Assembly (NCBI RefSeq): GCF_039654945.1
Contig: NW_027361910.1
Span: forward strand, 1,550,001-1,614,000
DNA: 64,000 nucleotides
Reading direction: 5' to 3'
Source: Dendrobates tinctorius
Lineage: Eukaryota
Shown: positions 50,145 to 62,891 of the stretch, piece by piece
Position numbering within the stretch: the stretch's first letter is position 1
How the letters are laid out: each line of letters opens with the position of its first letter
Translations under genes and position numbers: made by a program
Notes under the pieces: generated by a model
Databases searched by the model: none
The model's input: only the letters and a program-made list of their open reading frames with translations
What the model was told of the DNA's origin: nothing

Positions 50145-50550
50145 TGTCGCGACGACCAAAAAAAACATAATTATGGCGTTTTGATTTTTTTATTGCTACG
50201 CTGTTTAGCGATCAGGTTAATTCTTTTTTTATTGATAGATCAGGCGATTCTGAATGCGGCGATACCAAATATGTGTAGGTTTGATTTTTTTTTTATTGTT
50301 TTATTTTGATTGGGGCAAAAGGGGGTGATTTGAACTTTTATGTTTTTTTTTATTTTTTTATATTTTTAAACACTTTTTTTTTTTACTTTTGGCATGCTTC
50401 AATAGCCTCGATAGGAGGCTAGCTGCTGCCATAGCGCTATCGCCTCTGCTACATAGAGCTGAGGCTCAGATCTCACCGCCAGAGCCCACCTCAAAGCGGA
50501 GGATACTGCCAGCTGACGTACTATTCAGTCAGCTGGCAGTAAGGGGTTAA
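50145..50550. mobile_element. Terminal fragment of a piggyBac-like non-autonomous element
   Basis: Ends GACGTACTATTCAGTC...AAGGGGTTAA, resembling the reverse complement of the 13016 terminus. Confidence 0.5.
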
Positions 50551-50659
50551 GAAACAACAGTTTATAGTCTACATTATGATGTCCAAGACACTACATACAT
50601 GTGCATTGATGTCAGTAGCAAAAGCAATTGTTCAAAAGTGTTTTGCAGACGACTTTCGT

Positions 50660-50865
50660 TTATAATCCGTGTCAGATGCTTCTCGAATAAGATTCCAGCA
50701 AGAGTCAGCCAGCATTAACGTACTCCACTTTCCCAATGTCTTGGTGAAATCTTTCACCGTGTTCATCACTTTCGGCACCAAGATTGGCTGGAAAAAAGTC
50801 CAAGTGAGAATGTAGAAAATGCATTTTTAGTGATATATTGCATTTCATCAAATTATATGCTGTGA
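50660..50865 (-). pseudogene. C-terminal fragment of a DDE transposase, probably CMC/Chapaev3-like
   Basis: SLKMHFLHSHLDFFPANLGAESDEHGERFHQDI motif; family assignment is from memory. Confidence 0.6.
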
Positions 50866-52035
50866 ACAAGGTGTACCTAATCAGGATGGTCCCTAACTCT
50901 TGCACTCCAGCAGGCCTCAAACTAGACGGGTGCACAGTAGGACCCAGACCTGACAGTCTAAAAAACCTACCCATGGAAATTTATATAGACAAAACACACA
51001 GCCCAAAAGGGGATCCACACCCCTGTATGTGCAAAGAACAAAAACTATGCAATTGAGACTGCTCATCAGCATCTTTTTTTTCCTTCTGTGCAGTTTATAC
51101 ATTAAAATGACTCCATGTATATTGATTAAAGAAAATATTAGCCTTGTATTAATCTGGTGCTAGCTAGTCTAGTGTCAGGACTCGAATTTGGCGACTCTTG
51201 TGCACCATGCAGAAGCTCTTCCACTTGAGCTATTCAGCACTGTGGACAGCATCTTGCTAATCCAGATACCAGCAGCTGTCGTTCTGTTCAGCTCAACCCT
51301 GTATTTTCCTGATTGGGGCTCATCCCATGATTCCTGATTGGACGCCCTCTGCAAACCCGGCCTTGTACATCTTGCATCGCGAGATTATTGTGCTTCAAGC
51401 CCTTAAGGGCATTTTACACTAAGCAACGCACCAGCGATAACGATAGCGATCCGACCAGGCATAGATCGCTGTTGTGTCGTTACGTGATCTCTAGATAGCT
51501 TTCAAACAGTCCAATCTCGTCAACGACTCTAGAGAGATCAGCGATCTGCATAGCGACCTCGTTGCTCGTTGAGTACCTTTCACATTACTAAACAAAAACC
51601 GATTCAGACCTCGGTGGGCGTGCTTCAGCGTTTAATTTACAACGCCCCCCAAAGCGCCGATTGGTGGTCACCGCTGCGCTGTCATTGGCCGGCGGCGTCA
51701 TTAAAGAGGACGTAGTAGCGTTTCAATTTAAATCTCTGGAGCGCCGTGGTTAGCTTCTAAACCAGCATTTTTCTCCCTAGAGACAAAAGTGCATTTTTGG
51801 TTTGATTTTGCTATTCGTCCTTCAGCAACCCTCTTGAAGACTCATCAGCGTTGGTTATTTTCCAATACCTCCATTTTTTGAGACCATCTGAAGAATCAAC
51901 AGTGCAAATTTTTTTTTTTTTTTTTTTTCATAACTTTCGGATTTTTCACACCGTCAAAGGTAAGTTTATTTTGGTTCAAAAGTTTTATTTTTAGTGTATG
52001 TTTTTTTTTTGTTTTATTTTATTGTTTTATTTTAG

Positions 52036-55000
52036 TTTAGTTTAGAAACCGTGCCCGTCCCCATTTTTGTAAAGGGGGAATTGTTGAACGTGATACTTTT
52101 CTAGGACAGCGACCAAGCTTATGCGATTCAAACTCTTTTTTATCTTGTGTATGTCCATTTTGTCCATATGCACATGTTTGAGCAGCCATTTTAGATTTGA
52201 AACCGCGCCCGCCCCCATTTTTGTAATTGTAGAACATGATACTTTTCTAGGACAGCGACCAAGCTTATGCGATTCAAACTCTTTTTTATCTTGTGTATGT
52301 CCATTTTGTCCATATGCACATGTCTGAGCAGCCATTTTAGTTTAGAAACCGCGCCCGCCCCCATTTTTGTAAAGGGGGAATTGTTGAACGTGATACTTTT
52401 CTAGGACAGCGACCAAGCTTATGCGATTCAAACTCTTTTTTATCTTGTGTATGTCCATTTTGTCCATATGCACATGTCTGAGCAGCCATTTTAGATTTGA
52501 AACCGCGCCCGCCCCCATTTTTGTAATTGTAGAACATGATACTTTTCTAGGACAGCGACCAAGCTTATGCGATTCAAACTCTTTTTTATCTTGTGTATGT
52601 CCATTTTGTCCATATGCACATGTCTGAGCAGCCATTTTAGTTTAGAAACCGCGCCCGCCCCCATTTTTGTAAAGGGGGAATTGTTGAACGTGATACTTTT
52701 CTAGGACAGCGACCAAGCTTATGCGATTCAAACTCTTTTTTATCTTGTGTATGTCCATTTTGTCCATATGCACATGTCTGAGCAGCCATTTTAGATTTGA
52801 AACCGCGCCCGCCCCCATTTTTGTAATTGTTGAACGTGATACTTTTCTAGGACAGCGACCAAGCTTATGCGATTCAAACTCTTTTTTATCTTGTGTATGT
52901 CCATTTTGTCCATATGCACATGTCTGAGCAGCCATTTTAGTTTTGAAACCGCGCCCGCCCCCATTTTTGTAATTGTTGAACGTGATACTTTTCTAGGACA
53001 GCGAACAAGCTTATGCGATTCAAACTCTTTTTTATCTTGTGTATGTCCATTTTGTCCATATGCACATGTCTGAGCAGCCATTTTAGTTTAGAAACCGCGC
53101 CCGCCCCCATTTTTGTAATTGTTGAACGTGATACTTTTCTAGGACAGCGACCAAGCTTATGCGATTCAAACTCTTTTTTATCTTGTGTATGTCCATTTTG
53201 TCCATATGCACATGTTTGAGCAGCCATTTTAGATTTGAAACCGCGCCCGCCCCCATTTTTGTAATTGTTGAACGTGATACTTTTCTAGGACAGCGACCAA
53301 GCTTATGCGATTCAAACTCTTTTTTATCTTGTGTATGTCCATTTTGTCCATATGCACATGTCTGAGCAGCCATTTTAGTTTAGAAACCGCGCCCGCCCCC
53401 ATTTTTGTAATTGTTGAACGTGATACTTTTCTAGGACAGCGACCAAGCTTATGCGATTCAAACTCTTTTTTATCTTGTGTATGTCCATTTTGTCCATATG
53501 CACATGTCTGAGCAGCCATTTTAGATTTGAAACCGCGCCCGCCCCCATTTTTGTAATTGTTGAACGTGATACTTTTCTAGGACAGCGACCAAGCTTATGC
53601 GATTCAAACTCTTTTTTATCTTGTGTATGTCCATTTTGTCCATATGCACATGTCTGAGCAGCCATTTTAGTTTAGAAACCGCGCCCGCCCCCATTTTTGT
53701 AATTGTTGAACGTGATACTTTTCTAGGACAGCGACCAAGCTCATGCGATTCAAACTCTTTTTTATCTTGTGTATGTCCATTTTGTCCATATGCACATGTC
53801 TGAGCAGCCATTTTAGTTTAGAAACCGCGCCCGCCCCCATTTTTGTAATTGTTGAACGTGATACTTTTCTAGGACAGCAACCAAGCTTATGCGATTCAAA
53901 CTCTTTTTTATCTTGTGTATGTCCATTTTGTCCATATGCACATGTCTGAGCAGCCATTTTAGTTTAGAAACCGCGCCCGCCCCCATTTTTGTAATTGTTG
54001 AACGTGATACTTTTCTAGGACAGCGACCAAGCTTATGCGATTCAAACTCTTTTTTATCTTGTGTATGTCCATTTTGTCCATATGCACATGTCTGAGCAGC
54101 CATTTTAGTTTAGAAACCGCGCCCGCCCCCATTTTTGTAATTGTTGAACGTGATACTTTTCTAGGACAGCGACCAAGCTTATGCGATTCAAACTCTTTTT
54201 TATCTTGTGTATGTCCATTTTGTCCATATGCACATGTCTGAGCAGCCATTTTAGTTTAGAAACCGCGCCCGCCCCCATTTTTGTAATTGTTGAACGTGAT
54301 ACTTTTCTAGGACAGCGACCAAGCTCATGCGATTCAAACTCTTTTTTATCTTGTGTATGTCCATTTTGTCCATATGCACATGTCTGAGCAGCCATTTTAG
54401 TTTAGAAACCGCGCCCGCCCCCATTTTTGTAATTGTTGAACGTGATACTTTTCTAGGACAGCAACCAAGCTTATGCGATTCAAACTCTTTTTTATCTTGT
54501 GTATGTCCATTTTGTCCATATGCACATGTCTGAGCAGCCATTTTAGTTTAGAAACCGCGCCCGCCCCCATTTTTGTAATTGTTGAACGTGATACTTTTCT
54601 AGGACAGCGACCAAGCTTATGCGATTCAAACTCTTTTTTATCTTGTGTATGTCCATTTTGTCCATATGCACATGTCTGAGCAGCCATTTTAGTTTAGAAA
54701 CCGCGCCCGCCCCCATTTTTGTAATTGTTGAACGTGATACTTTTCTAGGACAGCAACCAAGCTTATGCGATTCAAACTCTTTTTTATCTTGTGTATGTCC
54801 ATTTTGTCCATATGCACATGTTTGAGCAGCCATTTTAGATTTGAAACCGCGCCCGCCCCCATTTTTGTAATTGTTGAACGTGATACTTTTCTAGGACAGC
54901 GACCAAGCTTATGCGATTCAAACTCTTTTTTATCTTGTGTATGTCCATTTTGTCCATATGCACATGTTTGAGCAGCCATTTTAGATTTGAAACCGTGCCC

Positions 55001-55230
55001 ATCCCCATTTTTGTAATTGTTGAACGTGATACTTTTCTAGGACAGCGACCAAGCTTATGCGATTCAAACTCTTTTTTATCTTGTGTATGTCCATTTTGTC
55101 CATATGCACATGTTTGAGCAGCCATTTTAGATTTGAAACCGCGCCCGCCCCCATTTTTGTAATTGTTGAACGTGATACTTTTCCAGGACAGCGACCAAGC
55201 GTATACGATTCAAACTCTTTTTTATCCAAT
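52036..55230. repeat. 146-bp satellite array (~22 units; the first units alternate 154/146 bp)
   Basis: ORF track periodicity of 300 then 146 bp; near-identical units. Confidence 0.97.
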
Positions 55231-55286
55231 GTATGTCCGTACCTAAATGAAACGTTCTCACCATTTCCTTTTTTTTTTTTTTAAAG

Positions 55287-56509
55287 ATGGCAGCAAGTAG
55301 CCAAGTAGCAAGCAGCCAAGACTTCATACGCCAATTTATTGAGATGTATCGGTCAATGCCCTGCCTCTGGAAGGTGAAGTCGCCAGACTACAGTAATAAG
55401 TACAAAAAGAAGGTTGCATATGAGAAACTTGTACATCTATATCAAGAACATCATCCCAGCGAAACGGTAGATGAGGCTGTTATTAAAAAAAAAATACAAG
55501 CTCTACGCACTGTGTTCAAGAAGGAATTGAACAAGGTGGAAAAGTCTACAAGGTCGGGGGCGGGTACCGATGAAGTGTATGTTCCGAAGTTGTGGTACTA
55601 CAACTTACTGGAGTTTACGCGAGACCAGGAAATCCCAAGGGTTATGCATTGTTCTATGTCACTGCCACAAGAGGAAGAAACAGTGACACGGCCTGATTCC
55701 CCTCTTGTCGATGTAAGTATGTTTTGGGTTTCCCTCAAAAAACCAATGATACATATATATGTACATGCTTCAGTTGAGTTTTAATGATTAAGTCGATGAT
55801 TTGAAACTTTGTTCACAGCTGATAATTGTACATCTGTAATTGGGTTATCATAACATAATTTCTAAAAATAGTCGATGTCAGTACATAGCCAGTACCACTT
55901 TCCCCCCCTCATAATAAATTATTGTTATGTGTTTAGAAAAAAATCTTTTTACTTTTTCAGTGTTTTAACCTGGTTTTTCTGTTCTTGCAGCATGTAACAG
56001 AAGAGGTCTCACCTACACCATGTGTCATACAGGAAACCCCTGCAACATCAAACGCAACCGACGACAGGATGTCCACTGTGCAAAGGCGTCTCCCAGAGAG
56101 TAGAAAAAGAAAGGCCACCGCTGCTCCTTTTCCAGAGTTTGTCGATTTAGCAAAGAACATATTGGTGCTGCAGGAAAAACAAGCAATTGGTGGCTTTGCA
56201 CACATGGTGGACGAAAGACTTCGGTCTCTCGACGTAACGCAAAGGCTTCAGGCCGAAAGAATAATATTTGAAGCGCTAAATAAAGCTGCTGTTGGACAAC
56301 TTACAGACAGTTATACTCTTGTGGATGCCAAGTCTATGTCACTAAACCCATGGCCGCAGACACAAGAACATGTAACCAGCACGCCAAGAAGGATGATTCA
56401 GCCAATACAGAGCATGAACTTTGGAACCCCACATTTGCAGTCTGCCCCATTCATAAATCCTGGAAGGCAGCAACTGAATGACTCTGACTGTTTTTACACT
56501 CAATTATAG
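55287..56509 (+). CDS. Harbinger MADF (Myb/SANT-like) protein, 2 coding exons (55287-55712, 55991-56509), ~314 aa
   Basis: FIEMYRSMPCLWKVKSPDYSNK...LRTVFKKE...SGAGTDEVYVPKLWYY; phase-0 GTAAGT...TTGCAG intron; BESS-like helical motif in exon 2. Confidence 0.88.
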
Positions 56510-57015
56510 TGTTTATGTTTACTTGTTGTATTAAAAAAATTAGTTTTCTATCCTTATTGTTTGTTTCAAAAAAAAGAAATAAAATTTAAATTTTTGCATT
56601 TCACATGATCACGATTTCAAGTCCTTTGTAGACTGAGACAAAGTGGTTTGCCACGCGATAAAGGCAGGTTTCCTAGTCTGGTGTGTAGTTAACTGCCAGC
56701 AATTATCCTGGTACGTGTAGTGTTCCATCTGGAAAAGTGTGTTATCTTATAAAATTACTATTCTATCTGTTACGATGACAAAAAAAGGTGCCACATGAGA
56801 GGTAGAATTGTTTTTTCGAAATAACATGTTTTTAATGTTTTAGTTACTGTCTGTGTCAGTTTCTTAATTTTTTTTTTTTTGGCTTTTTAATTCCTTTTTT
56901 CTGACAGATTTTTAAACAAACCTTTTTAGTTTTACATATGTCAACATGACATAGATATATTTTTGGAACCAAAAAATAAAAACAGGTAAAACTTTAAATA
57001 TAACGCGAAAGTAAA

Positions 57016-60000
57016 TTAAAGGTTTTCACCCTGCGGTTGGGCAGCCACAAATTGGTCCAGCATCACTCCGAGTTGGTGTAACGCAGACATCGCCCTCCTG
57101 TGTGCTGCCAAGAGTTCAGGTAAGGTTGGTATTTCTGTTGAGGAAATTTACATTGTTTAGGGCGTTTTATAAATGTGCATGCATATGGTGCCATAGTTTG
57201 TGGAGCAGCATATGGTGGCATAATGTAGGTGTGGTAGCAAATGGGGCCATATCCTATGGGTCGCAATATGGGGCCATAGTGTAAAGTGGCAGCAGATGGA
57301 TGCATACGGTTCATTCTTTTTTGTAAAAAACACTTACGTTTTTGTGCCGCCACTGACTCATCAGATGAGGAGATAACAGCCCTTCCACGTCGAGTGGCAA
57401 CACGTACTACAAAAGAAAATGTATATATATATACTATGTCAACAACTGTTACACAAATTATCATTTCACTCTCCCCTCTCCCCATCTGCTACTCACCTTT
57501 TATCTCTAACCTCCTCATTTGGCCTTTCGCAGCTTACTAATTCTCCAATGCATGAAGACGGAAACTCCCTCGACTTGGTCTTCTCTCGGCTTTGTGCAGT
57601 GGATGATTTTGCAAACTCCCCTCTCCCGCTCTCTGACCACAATCTTCTTTCATTCTCTATAAAGAACTGCCAGGCTGCTCAGGTCACCCCCACTGTCCAG
57701 ACTTATAGAAACATACAGGCCATTAACACCCAGAAACTTCTGAAGAACTTGCAGTCTTCATTGGCCCCTATCTCCTCCCTCTCATGTCCTGATTCTGCAT
57801 TGAAGCATTACAATGAAACACTTCAAACTGCCCTGGATGAATTTGCACCCCCTATAAATAGAACACCACAACGCAGACGGCGACAACCCTGGCACACGGT
57901 GCAAACACGTTTCCTGCAGCGGTGCTCCAGGTGCGCCGAACGTCTGTGGAGAAAATCCAATCTACACAAAGATTTCATCCATTTTAAGTTTATGCTTAGA
58001 ACATACAACACTGCCCTTCACCTCTCCAAACAAACCTATTTCAACACCCTCATCATCTCACTGTCCAATAACCCGAAACGTCTCTTTGACACTTTTCATT
58101 CTCTACTCAATCCAAGAGTACAGGCCCCAACCACGGAGCTCCGAGCTGACGATCTGGCCAATTACTTCAAAGAAAAAATTGACCAGATCCGACAGGAAAT
58201 TATCTCCAAATCCCCTCATACCATGCACTGTCCTCCCTCCCCCACTGCATCTAACTCACTCTCTGATTTTGAACCAGTCACAGAAGAAGAAGTAAGCAGG
58301 CTCCTTGCATCTTCTCGCCCAACTACTTGCACCAGTGACCCATTTCCGTCACATCTCCTCCAGTCCCTTTCCCCTGCTGTCACCCCTCACCTAACTAAAA
58401 TATTTAACCTCTCTCTCTCTTCTGGTATTTTTCCCTCCTCATTTAAGCATGCCATCATACATCCACTACTTAAAAAACCATCCCTCGACCAAAACTGTGC
58501 CGCTAACTATAGACCTGTCTCTAATCTTCCCTTCATCTCTAAACTCCTGGAACACCTGGTCCACTCCCGTCTTATCCGCTATCTCTCAGAAAACTCTGTT
58601 CTCGACCCTCTCCAATCCGGTTTCCGCTCTTTACACTCCACTGAAACTGCCCTCACTAAAGTCTCTAATGATCTGCTAAAAGCTAAATCAAATGGTCATT
58701 ACTCCATGCTAATTCTCTTGGATCTCTCTGCAGCATTCGACACTGTGGATCATCAGCTCCTCCTCACTATGCTCCATTCCATTGGCCTCAAGGACACCGT
58801 TCTCTCCTGGTTCTCCTCCTATCTCTCCGACCGCTCCTTTACTGTTTCTTTTGCCGGTTCCTCCTCCTCTCACCTTCCCCTTACTGTTGGGGTTCCTCAA
58901 GGATCGGTTCTAGGCCCCCTCCTCTTCTCCTTGTACACTGCCCCTATTGGTCAAACAATCAGTAGATTTGGTTTCCAGTACCATCTCTATGCTGATGACA
59001 CCCAATTATACGCTTCTTCTCCTGACATCACGCCAGCCTTTCTAGAAAACACTGGCGATTGTCTAAACGCTGTGTCTAATATCATGTCCTCACTATATCT
59101 GAAACTGAACCTGTCAAAGACTGAACTCCTTGTGTTTCCTCCCGCTACTAATGTACCTACACCCGACATTGCCATTTCCGTCTGTGGTTCCACTATTACT
59201 CCCCAGCAACATGCCCGCTGTCTTGGGGTCATACTTGATTCCGAGCTTTCCTTTGCCCCCCACATTCGATCACTGGCTCGCTCTTGTCATCTGCACCTCA
59301 AAAACATTTCTAGAATTCGACCTTTTCTTACTTTTGACTCTGCAAAAACTCTTACTGTTTCTCTTATTCATTCTCGTCTCGACTATTGTAACTCTCTTCT
59401 AATCGGTCTCCCTCTTACAAAATTCTCCTCTCTCCAATCTGTCTTGAATGCTGCAGCCAGGATCATATTCCTCACCAATCGTTACACCGATGCCTCTACC
59501 TTGTGCCAGTCATTACACTGGCTACCCATCCACTCCAGAATTCAGTATAAACTTATTACCCTCACCCACAAAGCCCTCCATGGCTCAGCACCACCCTACA
59601 TCTCCTCCCTTGTTTCAGTATACCACCCTACCCGCGCCCTCCGTTCTGCTGATGACCTGAGGTTAGTATCATCAATAGTCAGAACCTCCCACTCCCGTCT
59701 CCAAGACTTTACACGTGCCGCGCCAATTCTTTGGAATGCACTTCCCAGGTCAATACGATTAGTCCCCAATCCCCACAATTTTAAGCGTGTCCTGAAAACG
59801 CATTTATTCAGACTGGCCTATCGCCTCAACACATTAACCTAACCTATCCCTGTGTGGCAGAGTCAAAAGTTTTACCATAACCAGGTTCCCAGCATCATGT
59901 TCCCACATGCTTTATGCATCCATTAGCCCTCTGTGTCTGTACTGTTACACACTTAACATTATGGCTGGTCCATACAATCAGGGCAACTGTTACCACCCAC

Positions 60001-61292
60001 CTTTCGTGTCTACCTCTTTCCTCATAGACTGTAAGCTTGCGAGCAGGGCCCTCACTCCTCTTGGTATTTGTTATAATCTACTGTATGTGATTATTGTTAT
60101 GCTGTAATGTCTATTGTCTGTACAAATCCCCTCTGAAATGTAAAGTGCTGCGGAATATGTCGGCGCTATAAAAATAAAATTTATTATTATTATTATTATT
60201 ATTTCACACATGCTTCAAACAAAAATAAAAAAGTTAGTTGATTACCGGAGGTCGAGTCTGCTCCAGCTTCTCGGAGTGATGCTGGAGAAAACACACCCAT
60301 TGGGGATGAAGTGGAGGAAGCAATTTGTGGTTGAGGCGTTGAGGGGGGCGAGGGGGTCCTTACGGGCTCTGGTATCTAAAAATAGGAAATTGTGCATTGA
60401 GCATTTCCAAAGCGGTAAAAACATCCAAAAATGAAACGGTATTGTAATACTACATTATAAAAAGCGAATTCTTCTTGCAAAAGTTTTTATTATCTGTCTC
60501 TCCAACAAGCATCTTTTTTGTATCTAACTTTTTCTTTTTTTTTTTTTTTTTTTTTTAATTTTTACCATCAGGTCTGGTTACAATCTTTTTGCTTTTGTTT
60601 CCTCCCTGGATTACACTTTGGTTTTTATTTTCCGTTCGCCTTATGCGAACCTTGACTTCCTTCTCCCCCCCCACCTTTTCTTGTATTTTTCAACCCAATA
60701 AAAATACTAATAACATGAACAAACGTATTTTAAACACTTACGGACTCTGCTTCAGGAGATGCTTGCACCGCCGGGCTTGCGTGTGCTGCGGGGGCTGGTG
60801 GTGCTGCAGGTGCTGATGGGGCTGGGGCCGCCGCATGCGCTGCTGTTTGGAAAAAATTAATACTGAGCGCAATACCACTTCAATTTGAGTTGTGCAATTT
60901 CACATGTGCGAATGTAATTTTTTCTTTTTTTTACACTGTAAACCCTGTCGTAAATAAAAAAAAAAAAAAATTTAAAAACTAATATAACATATGTTTAAAA
61001 CATACTATGTGGAACACTCACCTCGGTCCCTCCGCACTTGTTGTTGGAGGCTGGTGAGGAGGTCTCTTGAGCGAAAGCGCAGATCCGCCAGTTTTTTCCT
61101 TATTTGCGTTGTGGTGCGCTCAACTCCGAAACGGCGTAACAGTCCTCGTCTGATCCTCCGCAACACAGCCCGCTTGTGTCTCATGGGGTGTGCATGCGCC
61201 TGTCCACACGCATAATCGCGCCTCTCCATCTCCTGTACCAGGAAACGCATTTCGGCCTCCCCCCAAGGTGTAGCTCTCTGTCTACCAGCCAT
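57016..61292 (-). CDS. Second Myb/SANT-like gene, five predicted exons (61292-61022, 60842-60742, 60375-60246, 57406-57338, 57134-57016), 229 aa
   Basis: Exon 1 [14 protein letters not shown]...[14 protein letters not shown] is trihelix/Myb-SANT-like. All four introns are GT-AG with compatible phases (1,0,1,1), giving 690 nt open to TAA. Confidence 0.75.
57470..60201 (+). mobile_element. 5'-truncated young L2-clade LINE
   Basis: Uninterrupted end of APE (LSDH) plus RT ([25 protein letters not shown]) to 59842; AATAAA + (TTA)n tail; ATTTCAC repeated at both junctions. Confidence 0.92.
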
Positions 61293-61636
61293 TGCTTCCT
61301 GTTTCGCTTTCACTACGCAGCAGGGACGCCCACAAGAACGTCGTGACGTCACGACGTTTTCGCGCCTCATTTGGTGACGCTACTGCGTTATTTAAGTTAT
61401 GGTACTACTGCGCGCTTATCGGTGACGCTATAGCGTCCACTTAAGGGCGGTTATAAAATGGCGTCTTAACGCCGATGCAACAGTGCTGATACTGTCGCAG
61501 GGCCATGTTCCCTTTTTTTTTTTTTTTTTTTCTTTTAAAAACCAGAAACACTTTGTAAAGTAGCAACTATTTGAATTTATTGTTGTTTTTATCACACAAG
61601 AATGAAATAAACATGTTAAATAAACACTTTTGCTGT

Positions 61637-62891
61637 CTAGATTTGATGCTGCCAAGTAACAGCACCAGGCCCATTAAAATATTGGCAGTATTGGTCCCTG
61701 CAGGCCTTTGCATCATCACGGTTTCTTCCCCTTGCCAGTGCTTGAAGTCCAGGTACTGCGGGATCATTGTCACGCCATCCACCAAGAAGAACCTGACCAT
61801 TTGTAGTGTCAACAGAGTCCACAAAGGCAGGCGGAGTGTAATCATTCGCATCGCGGCGCCGCAGAAAATTGTGCAGCACGCAACAAGCCATAACGACCGA
61901 GTCAATGGATTCCAACTTTAGGTTTATGGGTGTGTGGAAAATCCTAAAGCGGCTGGCCATGATGCCAAACGCATTCTCCACAACCCTTCGTGCCCTTGAC
62001 AAACGGTAGTTAAATATCCGTGTTTGCTCCGTCACACTTTTTTGGGGGTACGGTTTCAGCAGATTGGCATGCAGCGGGAAGGCTTCATCACCGACAAAAA
62101 CAAAGTTGAGGTTGCCGGTTGTCTCTGTGTTGGGAGGCAGGTTCAGGTCACAATTGGTCAATCGCTCTCCAAAAAGTGTATGTTCTAACACTCCCACATC
62201 TGAAACCCTGCCGTTCATGCCTACATCAACATTTATGAACTCGTAGTTAGCATTAACAAGGGCCATAAGGATTACACTAAAATAGCCCTTATAATTGTAA
62301 AAATAGGATCCACTTTTCGGCGGTTGGGTGATCCTCACATGTTTACCATCCAAAGCCCCCCCCACAGTTTGGGAACTGCCAAAGCCTCTGAAAATCAGAG
62401 GCAATATTTTTCCACTCCGCCTCTGTTTTTGGAAACTGGATGTAGCTCCTGAGGCTTTGAACTATGGCATTGCATGTTTCAGTAATCAAACTGCTGAGCA
62501 GTGACAAAGAAACGGCAGAAGAAAATTGCAGATCTTTCAGTGATCGTCCGGTGGCCAGGAATCTCAGCGTCACGGTCAATCGTTCGCCTACCGGCACAGC
62601 AGCTCGCATTTTGGTATTTCTCCTTTCAATCAATGGCGTCACCCTGGCTAGTAAAAATTTGAAAGAGTCCTCTGACATCCGCAGATAGTTCTTGAAATCC
62701 TGAGGATTGTTCTCCTGCAGTTCTCTTACGAGCTGCATGTGTGAGAATTCGGACCTCTTCGCCAGCCACTCTCTGGTCCACATGCACCGCTTTCTTTTGG
62801 ACCACCTCTCTTGCATCTGTGCCTCTTCATGTAGCCGACCAGCCTCCAACACCAAAGCAGCAGCCACAATAGCACGCTCTGCGCCGTTCAT
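61637..62891 (-). CDS. PIF/Harbinger (HARBI1-like) DDE transposase, ~417 aa, with one +1 frameshift in a G8 run
   Basis: YLRMS, LRFLATG, GALDGKH, YNYKGYFS, VGDEAFPL, FNYRLSRARRVVENAFG. Span is 1255 nt (418 codons + 1). Predicted 5'UTR intron ~63026-62902. Confidence 0.92.

Noticed and set aside
52036-55230. CRISPR-like regular array and the many 66-97 aa ORFs in it
   Set aside because: Units are contiguous and near-identical with no unique spacers; the ORFs are by-products of the satellite.
61637-62891. Domesticated HARBI1 host gene
   Set aside because: Lies within TIRs and a TTA TSD, with Myb/SANT partner genes.
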